A stretch of DNA of 64,000 nt from Neodothiora populina (taxonomy: Eukaryota). Below are positions 24,772 through 36,427 of this stretch, piece after piece. A model generated the notes under the pieces. That model did no database searches and had not been told where the DNA came from. It was given only the letters and a program-made list of their open reading frames with translations. The position numbers and the translations under genes are program-made. Numbering within the stretch: position 1 is the stretch's first letter; each line of letters opens with the position of its first letter. The stretch lies in assembly GCF_041146345.1 (NCBI RefSeq), contig NW_027191417.1, forward strand, positions 806,001 through 870,000, in the 5' to 3' direction.

Positions 24772-25644
24772 GGCTAGTCAGTTCGGAGATGTACCCCCTA
24801 GACAGACAGCTCCTGTGTCTAACCAGGACAAATCAAAACTGTATAATCTTCCTCATCCACGCCCAAAAAAGAAACACAAAACACAAAACACACGGAGGAA
24901 AGCCTTTTCTCATGTATAATGACCACTACTACAATCACACAACGGCAAATGGCGCAATAGCAAAGGGGCGTAAGGAGCAAAGCGCATAAAAGGCGCAACA
25001 GGAGCAAAAAGAAAGGATCTTCAGCGTTTTTTCTGTTTTGGTTTGTTTGAAATACAATTTCCTGTTCTTCTTCCTCATCTGTGTCCTCTTGTTTTCAGCT
25101 GGCGTCGGACACGATGGTGTTCTCAGACTGTCCTCAAGAAACAGGCGAGCGGGGTTTTCTTCTTTCCTTTCATTGGGGATCGGGTTGGGGACTTTTACAA
25201 AATATTGTTCTTGTTTTTTTTTTCGCTTCTTGGAGTGCTTTTCGGTCGTGCTGTTTATTTTGACCGGCTATGGTGGGCTTGGGCGGATGTATTGACCAGA
25301 CCAGAGAGCAAATCGAATACACAATCACTTCCTATGCCTTTTCCCTGTCTTTTCTTCGACTCGCTTTGCTTTGCTTTTAAGACTTAGGCTTTGCCTTGAT
25401 ACACACCTTGAGTCGTGTCTTGAAAAGCGCCATGTTAAGGTATTTTCGAGGTGCTTAACGCTTAGAAGGAAAAGAGGAGTCTGAAGAGGCATTCATTTGA
25501 TAACGCTTCCATGCTATTCAAATCGTTATAATGTAATTAAGCTTTTTGTCGTGCTGTGTCCTCGGCGCCTCTCGTCCCACCTGATCTAATTTCTGTTCAT
25601 CAGTCTGGAGTCCTGGTGAAAGCCAAAAGCCAGTCGTGTCACCT

Positions 25645-28600
25645 TCATATCCAGTCACCTCGGTCAGCGAGAAACCCCTGCTGCTGCCGCTGCTGATGAT
25701 GATGATACCCTCTGCCAATACCCCCATTGCTGCCATCATCATGACCATTGCCATTATCACCACCACCACCACCTCCATCCCCGCCTGCCCCTCCTCTCAG
25801 GTTCCCGAACCATCGTCCCAAGCCCCCACTGCGACTTCCTTTCTTCTTGACAGCTTTGAATTGGAATCTGCTTCTGTCGATTCGTTGGTCGTCGTCGATC
25901 CTCGCTCTCCAGCTCAAGGCTCTGAACAATCCTGCTGCTCCTTCGCGACTTGGTCTTCTGACGGTACCTGCTGCTGTTGTCTTGGGTGGCGTTTGCATGG
26001 CAGCAGCAGTCTCCGAATGGGAGGGCTGATGGCCTGCCTCTTGTCTCCAGGCTTCGTTCTCGCTGCTGTCTCTTTGTTCTTCTCCCTGAGGCCCACCTGC
26101 GTAACACCTCAATCCAAGTGCGCGTGCGCTCATGACATTGTCTTCTTGCCGGCGATGGCCGAAACCACTGCGTGCTCGCCGTATGCCTGGCGCATGATTT
26201 ATCTCTCGGCCATCGCCTCCACCGCCGCCAAAGCGTACCTTCCATCTGCTCCTCGCAGTCATGTTTGACTGTTGACTCTGGACACTATCAACGCTGCGCG
26301 TACTGCGCATACGCAATGCTTTCCCTACGGTGTGCCTTGGCCTACTGTGCCCATCGTCGCCACCGTCGTTCTCCGATCCTTCGACGCCGGCAGAATCAAA
26401 TATACGGCCCTTTCGCTTCGATGGCGGGGTGACGTACTCCGTTCCCGCTTCAGATGTACTGCTGTCGTTGAAGATAGTGTAGCTGCCTACACTAATCCCA
26501 CCAAGTGATAGATTACTCGGCTGTTTGTGTATCTCTCTCGCGGGTCGTGATACGATTGTCGCCTTGCTAGCTTCACCTTTTCGCTTTCCGCCTCGATTTG
26601 CAAGCATTGTTCCCATGAACTTCCGAGGGGACGAGTCGATCAATGCCCCTATCTTGTGCAACTCCAACGCATCTGCCCGGCTCCGATCGAGCGACTGCTG
26701 TCTTGGTGCTGCGAAAGCTCGCCCTTGTAGCTTCGACGTGCGACGCGGAAGCTCATTCCCAAGTGGAGACGGCGACGCTTGACTCTGAGATCGATCTAGG
26801 CCCCGGTACTTGGTTCTGCGGTTCATTGCACTCTCGGACCGGCCTCGATTGTGGTGAGATCGCTTTTCTTCAATAGCGGCTGCAACTTGAGCCACGGAGT
26901 TTGGAACAACATCCAGAGAATTCTACGAAATACATTAGTGTGTACAGATATGCCTGGTGTTTGCTCAGACTCACCATATGAATAAGAATAATCGGTAGCT
27001 GCACCGACACTAGTTTCCTACGGGAAGACGACAGTCAGTTCAGGCATTCCGCTCGGTATCAGGTATGACATACGTATGTGCTGTGCTGACCAGGGCATTC
27101 AGGAAGTACCGAACCTCAAAGTACTTGCCTACTTTCTGTGAGCACAAGAATAGTGCTGCTGGCAGATCCCATTTGGTGACTTACCACACTTGACAGTAGC
27201 ATGGCCGCGTGGTACTTCTAGGTCACAGGTTCTGGTACTAGAATCGTATGCCTCGACCCCAGTCCAATCCTGCGCGCCGCGTTTCAGGAAGGACTTGCTC
27301 AGTATAGTTTTGGTATTGCTCTCGAATATCCGTGCTTGGCTCGCCGATTGCTCAAGTGTAGCTGCAGCTGCCTGAAGCGCGTCAGTGTACGCCAGTAGCA
27401 AAAGTTTGTCATATATCGTACATGGCTGTAGCAGAGAATGTCTCTTTCTAGACTAAGCTCTAGTTTTCTGATCGTCTTGCGACTGTTATTGGCGACGTGT
27501 ATGTCTACGAAGATCGTACCGCCGCTGACCCAGACCTGTCGATGAAGTCCTGCTGTCAACTTTGTTGTTTCGATGGCACCATGTCTTGTCGATGTAACCT
27601 CGTCGCAAACGGTCAGGGAACTAGGAAGTGATCTCAGCGCTTTCTCTGCTACAGGCTATAAGTCAGCTATGATTAGACCGTACAAGTCTTCTCCGGACAC
27701 CTACGATCATACGTAGAAAGTATCGCGATGTCCTTGGAACATCGCACTATATATTGCTTGCCCGAATCGGAGAGAATCATGGTAGCACAAAGAACAAACC
27801 TTATTCGCGCATGTTTCGATTGGAAGGGTGGCGGACCTGTGTCTAACGGTAGGCTCAACATGAATGGTAAACTTGTGAAAGATGGAGCCAGCGTCCATGA
27901 TGACTCCTTGGCAGATCTTGGTGTACCACGCTGGACCATATTCCTAGGGGGAGGATGGTTGTCATCAAGTAGCTCCGTTCCCAGTGCCAGGAATATCGAC
28001 CTTCGAATACTGGACGTCTCTTCGATACCGACCAGGTCTACAGCTAGACGTATTATATTGAGATTGTTCTTCTTCCGCGTCTTCTCTGCATCGTCAACGA
28101 CGACCCTCACATGGCCCTCAATACTACCTCCACCTACGAACAACGGCGCTGCTATCTGGAGCTCCACCCCTACGCGAGGATGCCGGTGGGTGGGCGAGTC
28201 AAGGATATCTCTGGGTTGAGGTGTACGCACAAATGTCCTTGAGGGAAGTCGCCGGGTGGATTGATATGAAACGGGAGCAAAGCGCATTGCGGTATGTGTT
28301 ACGGGAGAACAACTGCTGTTATGGTTGTATATAGTATTCTCCTTCGCCGCATGCATTGTGGCTGGCGACACTTTTGAACGCGCAGAGTGTAGGGTTCTAG
28401 TGCCATCGCGTGTCTGAGATGTTGCACGCGGTGGTACGCTGGAGAAAGGTATGCTGTACATACTCGAATTGTCAAAAACGCTTGCCGGCGATTCATGGCT
28501 CGATTCCTCCACGTCAGCTTCGAATCGGTCCTCAGAGGACACGGTTGGTTCTACAATCCTGACAGAGCCTCCGCGCTTGAGCGAAGGACCACGTTTTAGA

Positions 28601-28863
28601 GAGCTGCGAGGTATGAGGACCTTGTGAGACTTGACATCGGCAGTAGTCTTTCGGTTGATTGCATCCAGTAGACTCGGTTCAGTCAACTCTCGTATGTCAG
28701 ACAAAGGCCTGGGGCCTGCAGGCCACTTGTGTGCCAATTCCTGGTTCCAGTCGTTGAGGTGTAACACTGGCTGTCTCGGTTCTTGTAGCTTTCCATTCTG
28801 CCGGCTTTCCATCCCATCACTTGTGGTTGACCGCAAGTCAAGGTCCGGATAACAGCGCTTCAT
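25645..28863 (-). CDS. Arrestin-like (alpha-arrestin-fold) protein with long disordered N- and C-termini; exons 28863-27705, 27648-27422, 27371-27185, 27128-27074, 27017-26975, 26922-25645
   Basis: PLFVGGGSIEG..LPFMLSLP..GPPPF arrestin-N-like segment and LHRQVWVSG..VANNSRKTI..YFEVRYFL..VQLPIILI arrestin-C-like segment. Five GT-AG introns keep the frame. Confidence 0.8.
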
Positions 28864-30247
28864 TCATCCCAGCGCACGAGTGAAGTATGGTAGTTCGAGA
28901 GTCGACTATTGACCCAGCTTATGAAAGTAATGCAATGAAATTGTGACTGAAATAACATTCAAAGGAACAGAATGTCCAAACACTAACCTTGAGAGGAGTT
29001 GAATATAGTCGATCCCAATGGCCGAATCGGATGTAATACATTACAGCCTTTTCGACCTTGAACAACCGCCCGGCGCCATGGTGTTCTCCTTACCTGCGAT
29101 GACGCCTACTCGAGCTTCGACGGCTGGAAGAACAAGCAGTTGCGTTTGGACGCTCTTTCCGCGGATGAGTCTGTACAGATGGACTGTCGAGGATCACATA
29201 AAGGCAGGAGGACCGAACCTACAAGTGCCTCAAAGTACATTCATTACCACCTCATCCCTTGCTGCACCCGAGGTTAGATAGGGTGGAAAATGATGGACTC
29301 CATCACCTCGTGTTATTTGGTCTGTAGGGTAAAAACAATACTGACTTGCAAGCAGGACAATTCATTTCATTTAGTCGCTCGGCCTTATTGATTCCCCAGG
29401 TGCTACAATACATGTAAACGCACTCCTGAATCCTCCACGATCGTTCGACTCTATGCACAGCATAGGTGAACGGTGTGCAGGTAGGTGGGTGGTGGCTGCT
29501 GCAATTAATCTCCACACCGTATGACTTAATCTACTATAGATCTTGAATATTGGGTGATCATGCTGGACCGCCAATAGGTGTCTGTCAGCTCTAATTCATT
29601 TCGCGGGTAGTCGTTGTACGAACCAATGCGCGAACCTTGTGAGTTTTATTGTTATCATCCGATCTCAGATGACATGACGGCCCAAGCGTACCCACAGAAG
29701 ATTGGCGCACCACATGTGCCCTCCTCTAATGATGCTGTGATGCAGCGATGCGTCTCGAAGACGGAGTTCCCTGATCGGCGACTAAGCCGGTTCGAGAGGT
29801 CGCTTTAGAAGTTTCTTAAATGCAAGCTAGGCTGGTTCCAGAAAGATAACCCGGCCTTGGCTGCATAATCTGGAGATGCGAAGTGGGATGTTGGAAGCGT
29901 CGAGTGCAAATGGTGGCGGGCGGTACGATGCCGTCGCTTTTGCGTCTCGGACATGCTACCGTTGCGCTACTTGTCATGGCATTTTTACGGAAGGCTCACG
30001 GAAGTGACATAGCATTGCACGCACAGTAGCAATGACCTTTATTCGTCATAAATCGTACTTGTACATGCGGCTTCTAGCGGTCGTTTTGCTCTCCGCGTGC
30101 GCGTCTTTTAATGCCCGCCCAAATTCGTGAGCCGACAACGGCCGGCCTACCACTACGACAGACCGAAATATCTGCGTTCCATCACGACAGGAGAAGAGCA
30201 CAAAGTGCGGGGACAGAGTTTTCGACCCGAAGACTTTTCTCATGCGT

Positions 30248-30449
30248 CTATCGCATGCTTAATGCCTTTCGTCCGCCGTTTTCATTACCCAACTCCTTAC
30301 CTCACCAATTACTGCTCCTACGTCGTGCTCCTCCAAGCTTATCTCAGGTCATTACTACACGCTTTTACTACAATTTGTCTGCCGCTCTAGCCCCCCTCTC
30401 CCCGCCTATCTTCTTGCAATCCGTTATCTCCGCGCTTAGGACGCTATCT
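30248..30449 (-). promoter_or_regulatory. Cluster of five HGATAR (AreA/Nit2-type GATA) sites just upstream of meaB
   Basis: Plus-strand CTATCG 30248, TTATCT 30339, CTATCT 30406, TTATCT 30424, CTATCT 30444, all in the same orientation. Confidence 0.6.
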
Positions 30450-30484
30450 CGAGGGAGATCATTGCCAGCCACACATACCTGCAG

Positions 30485-32011
30485 ATGGGGGACAGTATCG
30501 TCGCTGCCAACGAGGTAGCCACTGCCGTCGCTAAAAGCGATGCCGGGCAGGAAGCTACGCCGAGCTCGCTCGAGTCAACTCCCGAACGTGAAACAGAGAT
30601 AGTACAAGACCCGGCGCAGCCCCAGAAGCGCAAGGGTGGACGTAAGCCTGTACGTCTGTCCTCATACGGTGTTACAGCACCCCCCATTAGAACATTGTAG
30701 CAACGTGACTCCAGGCAAACATGGCCGTGCTAACCAACTCGAAGATATATGCCACTTCCGAGGAGCGGAAGCAGCGCAATAGACAGGCACAGGCCGCCTT
30801 TCGCGAAAGGCGAACCGAGTATATCAAGCAGCTTGAGACTACTATCAAGCATCATGAGGATACACTGCAGAACTTGCAGCAAAGCCATCGTAGTGCCGCA
30901 GATGAATGTCTCATGCTCCGTTACAAGAATTCGCTTCTTGAGAGAATCTTGTTGGAGAAGGGTAATGGATGCCCTCGAAACTTCAACTATGCTTGAGTAC
31001 GTGGACGCTGATACGATAGCAGGCATTGATGTGCAGGCAGAGCTGCAACTGAAAACTGGTAGTCCGGCCCTTGCTCCTGCGTATATGCCGCCGCAGCCTG
31101 CTCCAGGCCATATGGTATCAGCTCCACTGCAAAGGACAGCCTTGAACCGCCAACATGCCCGTCGCGCTGGACAGCCGTTCACGCAAAGGATGGCGCCTGG
31201 CTCGGCACCTCAGTCTGAGATTTCCTTTTCTGCTCGTTCCCCTCAAGGTCACCCTACACCTTCTTCCCATGCCTCATCTCCGGCTGCACTTACGCAGTCG
31301 CCGGCTTCTATGCAGCAGGGTGGCATGACTCCCCCGGCTTCGGTGATTCACGGTCAGCCGCAGCACTATAACGTGCAGCAGCAGCAACAGCAGCAACAGC
31401 AGTCGCGACCGCGCTACGTCATGCAACACCCTCCGTCGCGAGCGGCTCCGGTGCAATATGCAAACGCCAGCAGTAACATGTCTAACCAAACAACGCCTAA
31501 CTCAGTGGAGAACAACGGCCCTGTAGCTTCTGCGCCTTCTGCGTACTACCCATCTCCCTTCCAAAAACACATTGAAGAGCTCGGCAAGTTGTCCCGTCCC
31601 CTTTCATCGTTCTTTCCAAGTGGAACTCTGTCGTCCTAGGTTAATTCCGTGAGTACAGAGCAAGAATACGACGCCCAACCCTCATCGATACTCGAAAACG
31701 AAACCGAAGCAAGCGAAGCGAACAACGCACACGGTGCAGAAGGTAGCCACTACCAGAACCCACAATACCAACACCGACTGCCTCCACCAGGCATGTCACA
31801 TTCACACCAACAAATACCAGGACACGGGCAAAGCAAAGCGGCAGTCCAAGGACACGAGAGAGGACAAGCGAGCGAAGGAGGTGCGCAGGGCGTAGGGATG
31901 AACCAGATCTTTGATCCTTACGACCCGATGTTGGATGCGGATCCGTTCGGATTATCGGCCAGTATGCATTTTCCTACGAACTATTCGTATGACCAACCGC
32001 AGCAGCGATGA
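30485..32011 (+). CDS. meaB: bZIP transcription factor MeaB-like (nitrogen regulation); exons 30485-30649, 30745-30961, 31023-31583, 31659-32011; true start may lie further upstream
   Basis: KRKGGRKP|IYATSEERKQRNRQAQAAFRERRTEYIKQLE..DECLMLRYKNSLLERILLEKG|IDVQAEL and C-terminal DPMLDADPFGLSASMHFP. The bZIP is certain; the MeaB name is from recall. Confidence 0.8.
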
Positions 32012-32959
32012 CTGCGTCCGGACATGGCTGTGGGCGCGTGAAGAAGCACGCCTCCTGTGTTGGAAGATCCGGTAAGCTGCTGGGACAGATATGGAGGAGT
32101 TGCACGTGGTTACGATGTCGGTTGCTTATGAGTCACGGCGTCAAACGATGAGACATGTCAAGGGACTCGAGGGGACGAAGAAGCAAAGCCGAAAAGGCAA
32201 GAAAAGTTGTCGAGACACTCGGTTGCATTAGCACAGGAGTTTTTACATGCATAGCCATGGCGTTACCATTGTTTTGCTAGTTTCGGAAAATTGGAAAGGA
32301 TCAGAGCGGGTGACTGGCTGACAGGATGATCAGCTTCAGTCGGGCAAGGCGCACTGGATGCTCGAAACGAGCTATAGGACGTCAGAGGAGGGTTTTTTCT
32401 GTAGGACGTCCGTCAAATGCAAAGGCCAAGTCTTCCGACTGCGACTTTGGCGACTCGCGTTGGAAATGTCGGTCTTCATTGGCTTTAATGCCAGCAAAAG
32501 AAGAAAAAGCAATGGGAGGTGGACACGAGATTTAGTGGCCATTATGTGTATATACAAAAGTACAGCGATGATTGAAGCACTACTATGGAAAGAACAAGGT
32601 TGCGTGCTCGAGACCCGAGAGGAAAGCAGCAGCAGCACCGATACAGTACAGGAAGTCGGTCGAGTTGCTTAGTTCGACAAGAGCACTTGTGATTGCACTC
32701 GTATGATCTAGTATAGCGAGATATAGTGAAATAGTGGTTGGTGGTGGTGAAGCGTCGCAAACCAACCTTCGATCGCTTAGAAGCCCACATTCGCCCAAAA
32801 AGACCAAAATGCCCGTGCGCAGGTGGGAAGGTCTTGCTCTGACGTTCTCATTTTGCAGTGGATTGCACTGGCGGGCTGACTTGGACTTCATCTGGCCCTT
32901 TCTTGTCTTTCTGACCGCGATGGAGAGAGTCTGAAAAGCTGCCCAATCCAGACACAATC

Positions 32960-34429
32960 ATGAGCAATTCCCTCGTCAGCAAGGTAAGTTTCAATTCGAT
33001 CTGTGATGACTGTCGTTCTTTCATTTCCATATGGTCAATGTCTTGCTTGCCTTGCCTTGTGCTACTGCACAGTAAAGATATGCGCCAGCTACCTCCCCGA
33101 CCTGTTGCTCCCAATGGCATTGCGTTGCAGTGCACCTTCTTTTCCATCTCTGCCAGTGCACTCTACAAACAAGGCCTCTTGCTTCATCCAGAAACTCTTG
33201 CTGACGTGCTTTTGCGTGTTTCCAGAACCTTTACGAGCTCTTGGGTACATAACAATCCCTCCCGATGCACATGACAAATCGCATTCCTCGTCGAGTCATC
33301 CCTCTAACCCGCGCACCTTAGGCAACGACCCAGAGCTCGACCCCAACAGACCTGCCGACCCTCCCGTCAAGGTCGTCGACAAGCCCGCTCCTCGCGCCGG
33401 CAAGCGCAATGGAACCACGGAGGCTCCTGTAAGGGATTCTGCTGCTGCTCCTGCCCGTGGCGGCCGTAAGGAGGCCTTCACTGGCTCCGAGCAGGCTATC
33501 CGTGATAAGACCGCCGGTAGCTACAACAACCGCTCCAAGCCCACCGACGACGGCCTCCGTTCCGACCGTCACCGTCACAGAGGTACACACAACAACCGCT
33601 CTTGAGCGCCCCATGATTATCAACCATCGTTCCCCCTTCTGACTCCCAACGCAGCAGAGAACAGCGAGAGCCGTGGCCGCGGTGGCCGTGGTGGCCGTGG
33701 TGGCCAGGGCAGAGCTCCCCGCACCGACCGTCACGACCGTACCGGTGTCGCTCAGTGAGTTTTTGCAATTTTTTGTTCGTCGAGAGAGCTCTTCCTGACC
33801 CGCATATCAGCGCCGGAGACAAGCAGGCCGCACACGCCTGGGGTGGTGAGACTGGCGACGCCGAGTTCGCTGACGAGAAGGCCGGCCTCGCCGATGCCCG
33901 CGCCGAGGAGAAGGAGGGTGTTGTCGCTACCGACTCCACCCCCGTCGATGCCGATGGCGAGAAGGTCCCCGAGCTCGAGGACAACACCAAGTCTTACGAG
34001 CAATACCTTGCCGAGCAGCTCGAGAAGAAGGCTGCCCTGAACGCCGGTCCCCTCGAGCCCCGCAAGGCCAACGAGGGTTCTTCCAAGAAGTTCCCCGAAG
34101 GCAAGGCCTTCACCCGTAACGCCGAGGAGGCTTTCATCGAGGGTACCGCCGGCAAGGCCCAGCGCCACCGCGAGCGCAAGGCCAAGGAGGTCGTCGATGT
34201 CGATCTCAGCTGGAAGGAGGAGGCCGCTGGTGGCGACCGTGGCGCCGACCGTGGTGCTCCCCGTGGCGGCCGTGGTGGAAGAGGTCGTGGTGGTCCCCGT
34301 GGTGGAGACCGTGGTGACCGTGGCAACCGCCGTGGCGGTGACCGTCCCGCTGCTCCCAGAGGACCCGCTGCCCGCACCGGCCCTTCGCCGAACGTCACCT
34401 CCGCTCAGGACTTCCCCAGCCTGTCGTAG
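32960..34429 (+). CDS. STM1: Ribosome preservation factor Stm1 (SERBP1/HABP4 family); exons 32960-32983, 33226-33244, 33322-33582, 33655-33754, 33811-34429
   Basis: Spliced MSNSLVSK|NLYELL|GND, RGG boxes, DRHDRTG, AWG, KSYEQYLAE, RKANEG and C-terminal DFPSL. Strong codon bias. Confidence 0.9.
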
Positions 34430-35128
34430 AGTAGCGAGTCTTACTTCGACTATCTGACTGAAATCCGACTACATGCTTCTGGCATCGTCGACGATTGAAG
34501 CACCTGGTGGAGGAAATGGAAGGAAAACCATTTGGAAGGATGGGCTGCCAATTCTATTGCAAACCCTTTGTGTACAATTGTCAATCTTCTCATCGTCCTC
34601 CACACACAAAAATTGCAATGCAAAATACTTTTTCCCTCTCAGTTTTCCTTGGCGCGCAGGACGATGGCATAATACCGTGTAACGTACAGAAAAGCGATTG
34701 TGGCCATGTGAAGGGTGTCAAAAGGATTATCAAAAATAGCTCCCAAAGATGTACCCGAAATATGCTTTTGTATCATAATCTAGGAGTTACTCGTGCGCGA
34801 TTTCCATTATGTGTCTTCTTGCGGAGTCAATTCTGTGTTACAGATCAGCGCGCAACTATAGTTATCGTCACTGCGCAGAACACAATGCCTCCTCACCAAG
34901 GACGTAATCGGGGCCACTCCGAGGAACAGTGCAAGCATCGAGTGGCGATCAAGTTAGTAATGTAGTGTCTACTTGGCCGCTATCTCGGAGCTCGGCCGAG
35001 TTGTTTACGCGAAGCAAGTCCAAGCCTATTTATTGATAGCATGCCTACTCAAGATCAACGTATTTCTCGCTCTGCACCTTGACCCGGATTGCCGTTGAAT
35101 GGCCAGGGTAACAGTATCGAGCGCTATC

Positions 35129-36314
35129 ATGACTGCACTACCTTCACAGCGAAAGTGTTGGCTCACCAATCAAGATGGGCTCGACAAACTACAACGCTCA
35201 GAAAGTCCTCTACAGCAACCTGGCGATAAGGAAGTGCTCGTGAAGATAAACACAGTCTCACTCAATTATCGTGATACGGAAGGTATTCAGCTCGTACATG
35301 TTTGAAGCTTCGTTGTTCGGCTAAGCATGTATTCATCCAGTATGCATGGGCCTATACGGTCATCACAAGTCTGTCTCGCAGGCAGCATCATTGATTCCCT
35401 GCTCGGACATGTGTGGTACCATTGTTGCAACCGGTAAAGACTCTTCGTTCAGCAAAGGAAGCAGAGTGGTCTCCATATTCAACCAAACCCATCAGACTGG
35501 CCAAGTACAGGAAAAGGATATGGCGTCAGGTCTGGGTCTCCCACTTCCAGGTGTCCTGACGGAATATCGAGTTTTCCCTGATTGTGGCCTGGTCCCTGTT
35601 CCCGAGTATCTCTCGGACGAGGAAGCTTGCACTTTGCCTATAGCGGCATTGACTGCGTGGATAAGCATCCAGGGCTTCCAGCCGATATCTCAACCTTTGC
35701 GGAATCAGGACATCACGGTGCTTGTTCAAGGCACTGGTGGTGTGTCGATTTGTGGACTTCAGATAGCGAAGGCGTGTGGTTTGAAAGGTGAGTCTAATCC
35801 ATGAATCGTGCATTCGAGGAGCGTTATGCTTACACCTCATCCAGCTATCGTAACGTCATCATCAGACGAGAAACTTGAAAAGGCCAGCAAGCTTGGTGCA
35901 GATCACACGATCAACTACAAGAAGAACCCAGACTGGCACGAGGAAGTGCTGCGACTCACTGGTGGCAAGGGAGCCGACATCATCTTCGAGTGCGGAGGTG
36001 CACAAACACTAGAGAAAAGTTTCGACTGTGTCGCTTTTGGCGGTCTCATCAGTTGCATCGGTTACTTGTCCGGCAAGGAAGACGCTGCAGGAAGCAGGAT
36101 GAATACTAACGTCCTTGCACTCAAGCGAAACGTCACCTTGAAGGGCATTTTGAACGGACCCAAAGACAGATTCGAGGAGATGCTGCGTCTATACGAGGAA
36201 CTAGAGATTCACCCAGCCGTCGACAAGGTGTTTCCATTTGATGAAGCTAAAGAAGCGCTGCAGTATCTGTTCAGCGGCGGTCATTTCGGCAAAGTCGTCG
36301 TCAAGATTGCATAG
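35129..36314 (+). CDS. Medium-chain dehydrogenase/reductase (MDR7-like 'zinc-type alcohol dehydrogenase-like'); exons 35129 (or 35099)-35282, 35341-35787, 35845-36314
   Basis: VSLNYRD, IPCSDMCG, Rossmann QGTGGVS, TSSSDEKL, LGADHTINY, C-terminal HFGKVVV. Confidence 0.9.
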
Positions 36315-36427
36315 TCGAAGATGTCTGAGATATATCTCGAATGCTATTCAGCTATTATTCAAAGCTGCCCACATACTTTTTATCGTTCTCAGGGGTACCC
36401 TGTGCTATGGAATTTCGAATGCCTCGG

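Noticed and set aside
33003..33204. Box C-like GTGATGA in STM1 intron 1
   Set aside because: The only downstream CTGA is the branch point, and no clear rRNA guide is present.
36312..36330. Stop-codon readthrough to a cryptic PTS1 (TAG TCG AAG ATG, 'SKM') in the MDR gene
   Set aside because: SKM is not followed by a stop and the context is not the TGA-CTA readthrough motif. None of the other stops I checked showed that motif.
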